In this document: one piece after another, positions 29,181 to 42,790 of the stretch
How the letters are laid out: every line of letters starts with the position of its first letter
How positions within the stretch are numbered: the first letter of the stretch is position 1
Origin: the human T2T-CHM13v2.0 reference genome, Homo sapiens
DNA: 64,000 bases
Strand: one strand, 5' to 3'
NCBI RefSeq assembly: GCF_009914755.1
Contig: NC_060932.1
Notes under the pieces: generated by a model
What the model was told of the DNA's origin: nothing
What the model saw: only the letters and a program-made list of their open reading frames with translations
The model's database searches: none
Made by a program: the position numbers and the translations under genes

Positions 29181-31032
29181 AAGATTTTTGAAATAAATTC
29201 TGACAAGTCTGGGAAACACTGGGTGACCTCGATAAGGAACTGGCTGTTAGTTCATGAGCAGATTTTTTTGCAAAACACTGTGTTTCGAGGACCAAGTTAC
29301 ACTCTTCTTAGCCCCTTCTTACTCTTCAGACTTAAGCACAGGCTTAGTACTGGCTCATGTTATTTATAAAATGGGGAAAATTAAACATTACCTATCCTAG
29401 GGCAGGTGTTTGAAACAGAAGATTTCTGGAAAATCCATCCCAGCTCTAAAACCTCTGATTCTGAATTGCGCTGGATTCTTACAAATTCTCTTTAGCTTCT
29501 TTGGCTCTGTAAAATATAAAACATTGATCTTATCCTCACTATATTAGGATTTAGGAGAGATGCTCTAGCTTATTGGGAGAAGAAATACTTTTTAAGTCAG
29601 GAATAAAAATGTACCTAGATTGACTAGTTAAAAAGTATTGGACTTACTTTTCTTTCTCTTTTCAAATTTGTTCTCTTGTTATGCCTTTCTCCTTATTTTC
29701 TCCCTTCCCTAATTCCTCAAATCCCAGTAAATGTCCTTTAGAATATAGACTTTGTTTATGTTTCTCTGCCAGAAGCGAAACATTCAGTTCTCACTGCACA
29801 TCAACCCTGCAATGTGTATGGTGAGGGAGTCATCAGAAGTGCAAAATAATGATCTTTTAAAGTTGGACATCTCCCTGCCCATCATCCTTTCCCTTATCAC
29901 CCTTTACCTTGACTAGTACAGACAGCCCATCTCTGTTGATTGTTGGCTGATGGCTTCTAAAGGGAAAGCCAGAGTTATCTTCAGCTTCCTGATCTGCCTT
30001 TGCCTTGCCCATAGGCATCTTATGATTGCTTAATCCTCTTAGAACCCAGTTTAGGGAACTCAGAACTCCCATGGTCAAACTAAGCAATAAATATTCACTA
30101 ATTGACTGTTCCTGAAAGAGCATTTACCCAGAGGACAGGAGACCAACACCCTTGCACAACAACATCAAGACCCATTTCCCTGTGTTATTGGGGCACCAGG
30201 CTCTGCACCAGGTGCTGGGGATGAGAGTGAGAAAGTCAGTCAAGGTTTCTGTCACCATAACCCTTATAGTCTCTTGGGGACTTATTAAGTAATTATACAA
30301 ATGCTTATCAAATTGCAATGGTATTAGGTGCTATCAGAGAAAAGTTGCACAGATAAATATTTAATGAAATTGATGTGGGATGTTAAGGAAGATTACAGGA
30401 TGATTAGTCTGACTCCTTTAGTTGTACTTACCCAAAGGCCTCACTCACACCCACAATACAAAGTTGCAACCTTGTTTCCTGTTTCTGGAATCTTTGCAAA
30501 GGGGATTTAGATCACAGAGTCTAGATAAAACGGGGCTTGGGATTCTAACAAACAAACAACCTGGAGACCAGTGGGAAAGAATCTTCTTCCTTTAAGCCGA
30601 TGCTTCTGAGTGATTGGTTTAGCTTCTGGGGATTAGAGAAGCTCAGAGGATGGACAGTGATTGACATCTCTAGACTCATCAGATTCACACATGGCCCCAG
30701 GGAAAATCTTTGGAAGTTTGTGTAGGGAGAATAGTAAAAAGAAGGCTGTTGACTGAAGAGCTAACATCTAGCTTGAATGGATAGCTTCCCATACCTGGCT
30801 TGCAGCTTTCAAGATGGACATCTGAGAAAGGCTAAGGAAGGAAGGTGCACCTTTCCAGGTAGCCCAACCAGGCAACCGATCTGGACGGTGGCAGATGTTG
30901 CAGTCTCTCTTTCGGCTGACCCATTGAACATCAGTAATGGAAAGGTCCTAGAGCTGACTCAAGTTAGTGATTCTCATACTGGGAACCAGAATCACCTGGA
31001 AGCCAGCAACAATAGAGAAACCCAGGGCATAG

Positions 31033-31385
<353 letters not shown>

Positions 31386-32589
31386 TCAAGGGACAGAGAT
31401 GGGGATGGTGAATCTGTATATTTTTAAACATCTAGGCTAAACCCCATGCAAAGGAGTCCATGGGCAAGCCTGAGCCAGTCAAGCCTTTTGTAGTGGATGC
31501 CATCATTCTGTTCATTATTTTAAATATAGTAGTCATTTCTGGAATCCTCCTTAGAAAATCATGATTTCAATATTTTAATTTATGTAAATTTATGCTCCCT
31601 GGAACCAGGTCAGAATACTTTTAAGATTGTGCCTCTTTGGGAAATCAAATGTCTGTTCTTAATCTTAGAATGAATATTTAGTTAAGGTGCTCATTCCTGT
31701 GAGGAGTGTGTGGGTATCAGTGAGCCATCAGTCAACAATCAACAGAGATGGGCTGTCTGTGTATGTGTGTATGTGTATAAGCATGCTCACATGGTGTTTT
31801 CAGTAGGTGTTTCCAAAGTGTTAACGGTTGAGACATAGTAGTCTCGGATGTCATTTGATATGACCCAGTATGAAGGCCCAATCTCTCATTTCTATTTTGA
31901 TCACACACATGTGACACAGAGCACCATATAGATGAGATGCTTTGTTAAGTGTTTAAGGCTATTATTATTTACCTAAAAAGGACACTATTTGCCACCATGA
32001 CTTTTGTGGGGCTATTTTAAAAGACATTAGTTCATTTCATCTACAAGTAGTTACATGCCAGAACTGTACTAAGTTGATTCAGAGATAACAAGGGCCTCAT
32101 AAGTGACCACAGAGTCTTTGGGTTTAGTTAGGCAAACATCTAGGTTAAGAGACTGTGGCTCCAATGTCATGTGATAAGGGATTTGTATTCAATTCTCTAA
32201 CCCCCGCAAAGTGCCTGACACTCACAAGGTGTTCATTAAATGTGAAGGATTCTCCTGGAGTAGGGTGGACCAGCACCAAAAGACTTAAAATCTCTTCCCT
32301 GTCCCTATTTCCCATGGGCACCTTGACTACTAATCTAGTTTCTATTGCTTCTGCAGGGTGGGGCTGGGAGCTTCTGATTCAGCCGTGTGTGCTGTTTCCA
32401 TAGTTATATGATCAGAGTGACTAATTCATCGAAGATAAGTTTCTAAAGCCTAATGGAGTAATATCTCTGCACTGATACACTCTTTCTTCCTTTAAAATTG
32501 GTGTGTGTTTTCTATGTCTTTTTATAAAACACCCAAAATAATCCAGAAGGTCTTTAAGCGTCATTCAATTCATTACCATTTATTACTAT

Positions 32590-32800
32590 TCTGTGCAAAA
32601 AGAATATGCTAAGCGTTTTACATACATAATTTTAATTTTACAACATTCATAGAAGGTCTTTATTGTCTCCATTTTACAAAGGGAGAAATAGAAGCATAGA
32701 TAGCTGAATCATTAATTTGCCAATTATTAACTTGCTAAGTACGTAATCAGAAAATAATGGAGTTAGGATTGAAATCCATGTTTGTCTAATTTCCAGGTTC
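32590..32800 (-). mobile_element. MIR
   Basis: 'tctccattttacaaagggagaaatagaagcatag'. Confidence 0.65.
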
Positions 32801-32827
32801 ACAAAAAATTTCTGTTTCACTGTCTTT

Positions 32828-32956
32828 ATATATATATATATAGAGAATATATATATTATATATAGAGAGAGAATATATATATTATATATATAGAGAGAAT
32901 ATATATATTATATATATAGAGAGAATATATATATTATATATATATTAGAGAATATC
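32828..32956. repeat. (TA)n/(GA)n compound minisatellite, ~27-bp unit
   Basis: Repeats of tatatatagagagaatatatatatta. Confidence 0.92.
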
Positions 32957-33199
32957 TGATTTTGAATCTGTAAGATATAGCCTCTCTATAAAGATTTTGA
33001 TTTGTCTTCAAACACACAAGGATTTGCTGAGCATGTGTTTGACCATGTAGCAAACACTAGAGATACAATAGTGAGAATACAGATACAGTCTAATAAAACA
33101 GAGAATTGTAAAAATCAAATTAAGTAATCGTAATTCAGCGATTGCTGTGAAAGGTAAGTCCTCACTTCTCAGCCCTGGAAGACCCTGATGAGCAATACA

Positions 33200-33335
33200 A
33201 GCTGTTAAAATGTACAGTCCAATGGCTTGTACAGAGTTGTGCAACCATCACCATAATAAATTCTAGAATCTTTTCATCAACTCACAAAGAAATCCTGTAC
33301 CCTTTAGCTGTGACTCCCAAACCCCCATTCTTCAG
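33200..33335 (-). mobile_element. L1MB 3' fragment
   Basis: 'cagagttgtgcaaccatcacca...tttcatca...aaagaaatcctgtaccc'. Confidence 0.75.
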
Positions 33336-33565
33336 TTTTTGAGGCAAAGTTTGTGATAATTTTCAAAAAACATTTCTATTTCTGTGCTTCCCTAGAGCTT
33401 TGGAAATAACTGCATTATAACACGTATCACATTGCAGGGCTATTATTTGTTCCATTTTCTGTCTCTCATATGAATCTGTGACTTCCTTGAGGAGAAAATA
33501 TTGTGCGTTATGGAATTTTATACTCTCAGCCCAATGACTGGTACATCTCGGGCTTCAAATAAGGA

Positions 33566-33658
33566 TAGAAGGGAGGAAAGGAGGAAGGGAAGGAGGGAGG
33601 GAGGGAGGAAGGAAGGAAGGGAGGGAGGGAGGGAGGAGAGAAGGAAGGGAGGGAGGGA
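33566..33658. repeat. (GGAA/GGGA)n purine tract
   Basis: Direct reading. Confidence 0.92.
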
Positions 33659-34559
33659 ATTTCATAAACAAATATTTAGATTATAGAATATGGTCCAGAG
33701 AAAATATCTCCATGGGCTACTTTGGCAAATCTTCATCAGGGAAGAATAGCATTTTTTTAAGGAAAAGAAAAATCTTGAGTTTTGAACAGAAATCTTTCTC
33801 TGAATTAGCACCATCCTGGAAATTCTCAGATGTTTTCTTCACAATCTCCACAGGATTCTCCACCTAGATCACCTTGTATTAGTTCAGATCTATATCTGGC
33901 TACAATCACAGAAAGACTTAAAAGCAACTCATACAAGCTAAAACTTTATTATTCTCTGACATAAAGATTGCCTCAGAGATGGCTGAGAACTGATAGGGAG
34001 GCCTTGCTCTACAATATTGTCTAAGAAACTTATCTTGGGCTTCATTATTCTCCAGGATTCCATCTTCAATTGTGCTGTCTAGTATAACTTCCCAGTATTT
34101 CTCCATTCTAGCCAACTCAAGGGCAGGGGCTACAGCCTTAAGGAAAAAACCTGGAAGTTACACACATCATTTCTGTATGCACCCCATTGGCATATTGAAT
34201 CATATGGCCATACCTGGTTGTACAGGGGCTGTGCAACAGACTCTTTATTCTGGCTGACCTTTCATCCAGCTGTAAGTTAAGTGTTAGTTTCTCTTTCTAA
34301 AGGAAGAGGGGAAGAATGGATTTTAAGAGACAGCTAGCAATGTGTTTCATACTGCTATTATAAGTACCAATAGGCAATGTAAAACAGTTATTCTTAATTT
34401 TTCTTGTTTTATGTATTAACAGACCTTGACCCCAAAAAGTTATTGTGAGTTTTAAATATATTTTTGCCATATTCTCCATGTTTAGATATGTTTTATGGCA
34501 TTTAAAAGAAAATGGCACCTTCATAGCATCATTTTCTACTTTCATAATGGCAAGTGTGT

Positions 34560-34722
34560 TTCAGCTAAATTACGGAATCAGTAGGTTTTGGTAAGCCAGC
34601 CTGGAAAACTTACAATCACTTACAGTATTGTTTCTATGGGAAAATGGCTTCGACTTCTTAAGACAATCTGACAAAGAAGTGTGCTTTTGGAATTAAACCC
34701 ATTTGAAAGTTGGGAACTGCTA
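34560..34722. mobile_element. Old Tigger-like fragment
   Basis: 'attgtttctatgggaaaat...cttttggaattaaacccatttgaaagttgggaactgc'. Confidence 0.45.
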
Positions 34723-36033
34723 AATGCACTAAGGTTTGCACACATGAAATAGCAGATGAGATTTACTGGAATGTTTTCTCAGTAACGCCTTACGCAATGC
34801 TCCAGAAGCTTCTGTGCTCAGCCAAAACAAGTCCAGCAAGAGTCCCTTCCTTTCTCCATATGTTCCTCAGGCACACAACGGTTGGAGTATCTTTTTCACT
34901 TCAAACATTTAGCTTTTCATTGGAAAGTTGTTTAGTCGGGAAGTTGTAGCTAGAGTAGCTGGGTGAGGATATATTAAGATGTTTGGATTATGAGCTAGAT
35001 CAAGGCTTTCTTACTCTGGGAATTAGCTAGAAATAAAATTGGGGTCTTTTGAAATAACACTAAGCATTTATGTATCGTAACATTAAATAGCTGTTTATAG
35101 GATGGTTTGATTCCAAAGTTCTGGATAAGTTTATTAAAGGATTTTTATAATGCTTTTAAATGTTTTTTTTTTCTTTCCCTACTGCCCTAAGCACATGCTT
35201 AGCCTGAGAATTGGAGAGTTTAACATTGCTTGTATAACTTAACTCCCAGTTCAGTCTCAACCAGACCAAAACATTCTCTTTCATGCACTTAGCCTGTTAA
35301 TGAAGTACTTGAATGACGTACTAGGCATCAGAAAATAGATGTTGAGTGAGACGGTCTCAAACCACGCTCTCAAGGAAGATTACCCTCTATAGAAGAAGAC
35401 ATACATGGAACAAGCAGTTATAACAAGATGTGAGAAGGGTCGAATTTGGGGGCGTGCAGTGTGTTGTGGGAACAGATTTCAGGGACAGGGATGGATGCCC
35501 CAGTGTAAAAGTCATGAAAAGCCTCCCTAAGGGAGAATGAGGAGGTGTGAGACACAGGCAGAGGCAGGGAGAAGATTACGACATGTCTCACTCAGGTGAT
35601 TATTACATCACTGGGGAAGCGGGGTACCAGAAGAAGAAAAGAGATTTACCCTGACACCCATGACTTCTCTGTGAGAAAACAGCTAGCATAGAATTTGACA
35701 CATAAATGTCAAAAATAAATAAATCCACGATTGGTGGAATTTCAGGCAATCTTGCTGATAGCAAGGAAAAGTTTTCTGCCTATCCTAAGGAGTAATGACC
35801 TAACATATAACCTTCTTCCAGATAAGACTAATGCTTCTAAAATTGCTTAGCGACAGCTACACTGGTCAGCGGTTGAGGGATTTATTTTAAGAAAAAAAGC
35901 ACTGGTAAAGAGATTGGAATGTAGTGAAGATATGAGATCATAAAATCAGTGTCTGAACCAACAGAGCTCCAGAGGTAGTTGTGGTCATATCTTCCATTTT
36001 AAACGTAGGAGGTCAAGTTTCTGAATGTGCGCA

Positions 36034-36036
<3 letters not shown>

Positions 36037-36075
<39 letters not shown>

Positions 36076-36083
36076 TGTGTGTG
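36037..36083. repeat. (TG)n microsatellite
   Basis: Direct reading. Confidence 0.97.
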
Positions 36084-36999
36084 AAATGAGTTTACAAACT
36101 TCAGAGTGGAGAGCTCTGGAAAGAGTCTTCTACTAACCAAGGAGGTCTTTTCACAACTGAGAAATAAAACAAAAATGATGAGTTAAAAGTTTTGGCCAGA
36201 GAGAAGTGTGTTGGAATGTGAACTGAAGAATGCTGCTGGATTAAATCCAAGGAGGAAATCAGAAATGGATCTCTTCTCTTGGAAGGCAGTAAAAGAGTCA
36301 GAGCACTGGAGAAACTACCTTGAAACAGTATACAAAAAGTTGAGATTTCTATTATTCGTGTATATATATATATATATAAAATCATTAATGGATTCATTTC
36401 TTCAAAGATACATCTTGAGCAACTAATATGTGTTTAGCATTGGGAACACAGTGTTTAACAAGACAGGATTTGTACTGTCGTGAAAACATTTAGACTAGTG
36501 GGAAGTGACAGACTATTGAAAAAACCTAGTAAATTCTAGGACGGAGAAAACAAAAAGGCCCTTGAGAAATAGGGACAAGGAATAGTTAACCGCAATATGG
36601 TGATGTGTATGTGAGGGGTTTCTAATGAAGGCTTCCTGGAGGAAGTTATATATACTAAAATATCTGGAAAATACATAGGTCATAATCAGGTGAAGGCAAG
36701 TAGGAACAGAGAAGGGGGTAATGAGAGTTCCAGGGGTAACAAACAGCATGGGTTGTAAGAGCTCAGAGAAGTGAGAGCACGCTGGGGTTGGAGGAAACCC
36801 TGTGAGAACAGCAGGCCACATATGGTCAGTTGGTGTAGATACAGTGCTAAGTTTACATTCTACAGAGAAATGAGACAGGATTTCTGTTTTATCCTAACAA
36901 ACCACCCCATCCCCACCCCCCCACTCCAGGACTTTAGAGTAAAGCTGTTCAATAGCTATTCTGAAATCATTAGTGCTAATTTTCAAATATTCTACTTTC

Positions 37000-37365
37000 T
37001 GCTTTCAAGGATCAGGAGTGAAATTGCTGGTCCATTTGTAATTAGGTGGGGGCCATATAACTATGTTCTGCCAATGAGTTGTGGATGGCAATGAGTTGTG
37101 AATGAAAGGGTTGTGTCTCACTTCTGGGTCAGAGTTTCTACTTGACAGTGTAAGTCCCTCTAGACCTTTACCTCCTCCATGAACAACCTAGCAATATTTC
37201 AAATAGTGTCTGCGCCATCATCCTGGGGCCCAGCATGAAACAGAGGCCCCAAATGGCACATGATTGACACAGTGTTGACACACAGAAATACCATTTTTTA
37301 AAGGCTTTTTTGAGATGTAGGTATTGTTTGTTACTGCAGCATAACCTAGCCCCCTGTTTCAGACA
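37000..37365 (+). mobile_element. MLT1 (I/J-like) LTR fragment
   Basis: 'aggtgggggccatataactatgttctgccaatgag'...'tgtttgttactgcagcataacctagc'. Confidence 0.6.
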
Positions 37366-37380
37366 CAAAATAGGTAACAG

Positions 37381-37517
37381 GGCCAGGCACGGTGGCTCAC
37401 ATCTGTAATCTCAGTGCTTTGGGAGGCCGAGGTAAGAGAATTACATGAGGCCAAGCGTTGAAGACCAGCGTGGACAACCTAACGAAATCTGTCTCTATAA
37501 ACGATTTAAAAAAAAAG
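37381..37517 (+). mobile_element. FLAM/Alu left monomer
   Basis: 'ggccaggcacggtggctcac...' with A tail. Confidence 0.88.
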
Positions 37518-38616
37518 AGGAAACATAATGTCAAATTAATTTAATTAATAATTATTTTAAAATTTCCCACTTTGTTAGGCACTATAGATTTAAAAGCTGG
37601 AAAGAGCTACCGGCCAAGAGCTTAGAGATCATGGAGGAGACAGACTCGTGATCAGGTCAACTGAAGTTCAGTGAACAGTAAAAGTACAAAGCTTTGTGGG
37701 AGCACATAGGAGCGCCAGGCACTCCCACCCAGAGGGGTGTAGAGGGTGGAGGAGGCTGAAACTGACTCGGAAAAGATGCAAAGGAGAAAGCCAGGTTGGA
37801 AAGACAGGAAATGATATTTCAGGCAATGAAAAGAGTGGGAGTAATAATATAGAGAGATGAAGCCTTGCCTTGAAGAATGACAGCAAGTATTCTCCTTGTG
37901 AAGACTATGAAGCCTGCCATTTTCTGGGCCAAGACTGAGAAGAGGTGTGTATTTGGGACTACAGAACATAAGATGTAAACTTTAAAGTCCGTGGTTCCAG
38001 TGGATTTTCTGTAAAAGCCAAGTTAGAGCTCAAGAAAGAAAAGAGACAGAAATAACCAATAACCAAGCAGAGCTGATAGGAGGAACAATCTATGATTCCT
38101 TCAGAATCCTGCCTAGTGAGGCTCCAATGGAGTAACAGGCTTCCTGTTCAGACTCTGACATCTAAAGGGCTGTCTTTGTCTCTAGAAACAATAACAGAGA
38201 GAAGGAAGCAGGGAACAAAGCCATGCCCGTGTGACATCACTGTGCATGATCCTAGAAACTGGAAACCTCTTAAAGCCAAAGAGTATGCACGGATATCTAT
38301 TCAGTGGTTCTTTAACAAGAAGAGAAACCTGGCAGAACAGGAGTTTCAACTCACCACGTGGCTTTTCAGGTGGAGGGTCTGTTTGCGATTATTTGAGTGT
38401 GGAACAAAGGGTGCACAGAGAAGTCACCCCAGTTTTCCTGAAACTGTGCCTCCTTACCTCATTATTGACTGGTAGCCTTGCACTCAAATGCTGATTCTTC
38501 TTAGTTAAATATATGACAGTTTAAAAAAAATGACTTCACTTTCTATTCTAATGAGATGTTAGCAATTCTGTTTTTTCTGCTAATTACTGCATATCTTCCT
38601 TCTGAAGACTCTCTTT

Positions 38617-38766
38617 CTATATATATATATGTAATTATATATGTATTTATATACACACACGGATATATGTGTGAATATTTGTGTGTGTATACACACATGC
38701 ATATACACACACAGATATATGTGTGTGTATATATATATGTATGTGTGTATATATATATATATATAA
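38617..38766. repeat. Alternating purine-pyrimidine (TA/CA/TG) compound repeat
   Basis: Direct reading. Confidence 0.92.
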
Positions 38767-39502
38767 TGAAACTGTAATAACTGCCTCTTGGGATAATCCA
38801 GAGAATCCATCATTGATAAAAATACACTTGCCTTGGGTTGGTGATTTTCTGAGATTTCAATTTCAATAGCTTCTTCCATATTAGGCCTCTTTCACTTCAG
38901 AGGAAATAATTATATCCAGGTTTGGCTCTGTTCAATGGGGCATGACTACACCAGAATGAGTCTCTTCCTGAATGGAAAAAGAAAATTGAAAAGAAAAAGA
39001 CAAGGTCTGACACACCAGACCCCAAATTATTTAAATCCATTTTCAACGAAAAGCTTGGTAGCTTGGTAAAGACGATGACCTTCGAAGGAAAATTCCATTG
39101 AGAAATCCCATTTCCCATGTTGTAAGTTTAGAAGAATAAATTGCACTCGGGGAGGAGGGTGGGGGGGAAGTTCCTTTCGACATTTAATAAAGCAGGTGGC
39201 CTCATTTGAATTTTCCCATTAGGTCTCCTGGAGCGATCTCAGAAATATGTTGGCCTTGCAAACTGTAACTCAGCCTTGGCTCTCTGTCTATAGGACTCAC
39301 ACAGTTTTTCACGAGCAGTAGAATTAGAGTCTGGATTACTTGAAACGTCCAGCAGAAAGTTATTTCTTAGAGTGTTGGATTTCTGATTTGCTATAGACTA
39401 TTAAATACATTTTCTTATTTTCTGCAGAATATTAATAATCTGACTTTCTAGTAGGCAAATGCCTCATCTCTCAGCCAGCCTATTTTTTCCTCTCATCCTG
39501 TT

Positions 39503-40230
39503 ATTCTTTTTCTTTTTTATATTTATATTTATTTATTTTATTTTATTTATCTTTTTAAATTTTACTTTAAGTTCTGGGATACGTGTGCTGAACCTGCAGG
39601 TTTGTTACACAGATATACATGTGCCATGGTGGCTTGCTGCACCTATCAACCCATCATCTAGATTTTAACCCCCTCATGCATTAGATATTTGTCCTAATGC
39701 TCTCCCTTCCCTTTCCCCCCAACCCTCTGACAGGCCCTGGTATGTAATGTTTCCCTCCTTGTGTCCATGTGTTCTCATTGTTCAACTCCCACTTATGAGT
39801 GAGATCATGCAGTGTTTGGTTTTCTGTTCCTGTGTCAGTTTGCTGAGGATGAAGGTTTCCAGCTTCATCCATGTCCCTGCAAAGGACATGAACTCATTCT
39901 TGTTTTATGGCTGCGTAGTATTCCATGGTGTATATGTACCACATTTTATTTATTCAGTCTATTATTGGTGGCATTTGGGTTGGTTCCAAGTCTTTGCTAT
40001 TGTAAATATTGCTGCAATAAACATACATGTGCATGTATCTTTATAGTAGAATGATTAATAATCCTTTGGGTATATACCCAGTAATGGGATTGCTGGGTCA
40101 AATGGTATTTCTGGTTCTAGATCCTTGAGGAATCGCCACACTGTCTTCCACAATGGTTGAACTAATTTACACTCCCACCAACAGTGTAAAAGCTTGCCTA
40201 TTTCTTCGCATCCTCGTCAGCATCTGTTTT
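39503..40230 (-). mobile_element. 5'-truncated L1PA (PA7/8-like) 3' ~0.7 kb
   Basis: 'tttactttaagttctgggatacgtgtgc...gttcaactcccacttatgagtgag...gggattgctgggtcaaatggtatttctgg'. Confidence 0.95.
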
Positions 40231-40565
40231 TCTATCATAAGAGTCAGTGGGGATGTTTTCATCACACATGCAGGGAGAGGGAGTTCTAGAAAGAGCATCT
40301 GCTTCTGATATGCTTGGTGTTGAAGTCAGTCCTAATCAATCCAAATGTAGGCATTCCCTGTCTGTGTGATGGGGCAGGCCATGCAGTCAGTTGCATCCCT
40401 TTGTTTATTCAACCAATGACTATTGAAGGAACTTGGTGTGATGTGCCAGTCACGGCCCCTGCCCTCATGTGGTATACAATCAGGAGGCAGAGCGAGAGAC
40501 ACTCAAGAAATAATTAGGTCCACCATTAGTTCAATTGTGAAAAGTGTTACGCAAAAGAAGTATAA

Positions 40566-40968
<403 letters not shown>

Positions 40969-41283
40969 AACATTTTACATTTTCATTCAATGGAAGCAGG
41001 AAGAAACTAATTAGAAAAATACTCCATTTTACTAAAGGAATAGCAAACAAGCTCTTTGAGGGCTATGTGTGAGGGCAAGATGGATGTTGATGTAGGCAGG
41101 CACAGCTTCATGATGTGCTTTTTTATACGGTTTCAGCAGACTCTTCAGAGTGACAGATTTACTGGGTGAGAGGGGTATAGACCTTCCAGCTACCTACCTT
41201 TCACCTTTGTTTAGAGTAGTGACCCAGTCCTAACTTCTGGGTTGGGTGCACAATGTCTTCCCATGCCATAGCTGGGAAGCATA

Positions 41284-41819
41284 TAGAATGCTTCCAGAGC
41301 ATCCCACATAGCCTAATGACTCTTATCTTTTATTTCTTGCTGCACCCGTTGAGCCTATATGGCCATATGTTCCCATATAATGTTCCTGGGGAATCCCAGC
41401 AATAACTGGGTGAGATATTTGAGGGATACTTGCAGATCATCCTGAAGTGGGGGAGGGAGAGAAAGAGAAAAGTTAAATGAATACATTCAATTACTGGCAA
41501 TGCCACCTATCCATAACCCAAGGGGTGGTAAGAAATTATAAATTCTCAACTAACCTCAAATAAATAAATAAATAACTCAATAAAAAATGAATAAATAACT
41601 CAAATAAATAAATAAATGTATTTATTTAATTTTTGCTCTTTCTCTCCCTCCCCCACTTTAGGATGATCTGCAAGTATCCTGCAAATATCTCACCCAGTTA
41701 TTGCTGGGATTCCCCAGGAACATTACATGGGAACATATCGCCATATAGGCTCAATGGGTGCAGCAAGAAATAAAAGATGAGAATTATTAGGATATGTGGG
41801 ATGCTCTGGAAGCATTCTA
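41284..41819. repeat. Long inverted repeat: arms 41284-41487 and 41615-41819, 127-bp A-rich spacer
   Basis: Manual alignment: 12 substitutions and 1 indel over ~205 bp; longest perfect run 44 bp. Confidence 0.97.
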
Positions 41820-42569
41820 GCTGACGTAATAGACATTTGCGGAAAAGTCTTGGGGATCCTGAATTCATTAAACAGCTTCTTCTTTTGCCCTGGTTCCTCA
41901 TGTTTTCTAGCAGCAAAATTACTCTGTCCCCTTGGTGCCTTGGAATGCTCCCAGCCTAAGCTCAGCCCACATCCAGACAGGCCAATGCTTTGGTAGCAAG
42001 CTGACCACACAAACTCTTGTAAACCGTGATAAAGTTCCTAGATATTTTGGCTATTTTAGCTTTTTATTATTGAAGAAATACATTAATTTTCTTTTTTAAA
42101 TCCAGGGTGGTGTCTGTCACTTCCACATCATTTATCTCCCATGAACTTGAAGCTCTGTCCCTCCGCCCTCCTCCAACATGGCCACTGTCATTTTGGGATT
42201 CACCCCAGTCTTCCTGGCACATCCCTCTGGTGATTCCTGCCGCGCAGCTGCACTGTGGCTCAGGGCAGGAGAGCAGCGTGTGCAAACTGGGGCCATCTCT
42301 GAGGGCTGGCCAGCACAGTTCTGGCCGTGGGACTCTGGCTTCACAGCCCTCTCGTGCCAGAGCTTCTGTGCAGCTCAGAGATGGTGCCAAGGCAGACTGG
42401 AGTGGGTGCGCGGGAGGAGAACACAGACACACAAAGGCCGGCTCCTGCTGTGCCAGGTCTCATGCTCTGACGCGGGGCCCCACTGACTGAGCACAAAAGA
42501 AGCCTTTCTTTCTGTCTCCATTTTCTGGGAATGGAGCCTGAATAGAGGCTACAGGACAGGAAATAGTTG

Positions 42570-42790
42570 ATGGTGAAGGCTTAAAACATGGGCTTCGGAG
42601 TTAGTGAGAAGGGGATTTACATTTCTGTTCTCAAACTTACAAGCTATGTGACATTAGGCAGATGCCGACGGTCACGGAGCCTTAGTTTTCATAGCTATAA
42701 AATGGGGATACTGACATCAACCTGGAAGAATTGTGATAATTATATGACATGAAGCATGCAAAATGCTGAGCACAGAGACCAATGGCTATT
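42570..42790 (+). mobile_element. MIR
   Basis: 'agctatgtgacattaggca...ccttagttttcatagctataaaatggggata'. Confidence 0.7.

Noticed and set aside
33021-33160. Consensus donor AAG|GTAAGT at 33153/33154
   Set aside because: No convincing upstream acceptor; isolated consensus donors are expected by chance in 64 kb.
39681-40054. ORFs resembling L1 ORF2 end/3'UTR
   Set aside because: Part of a 5'-truncated L1PA; not a gene.
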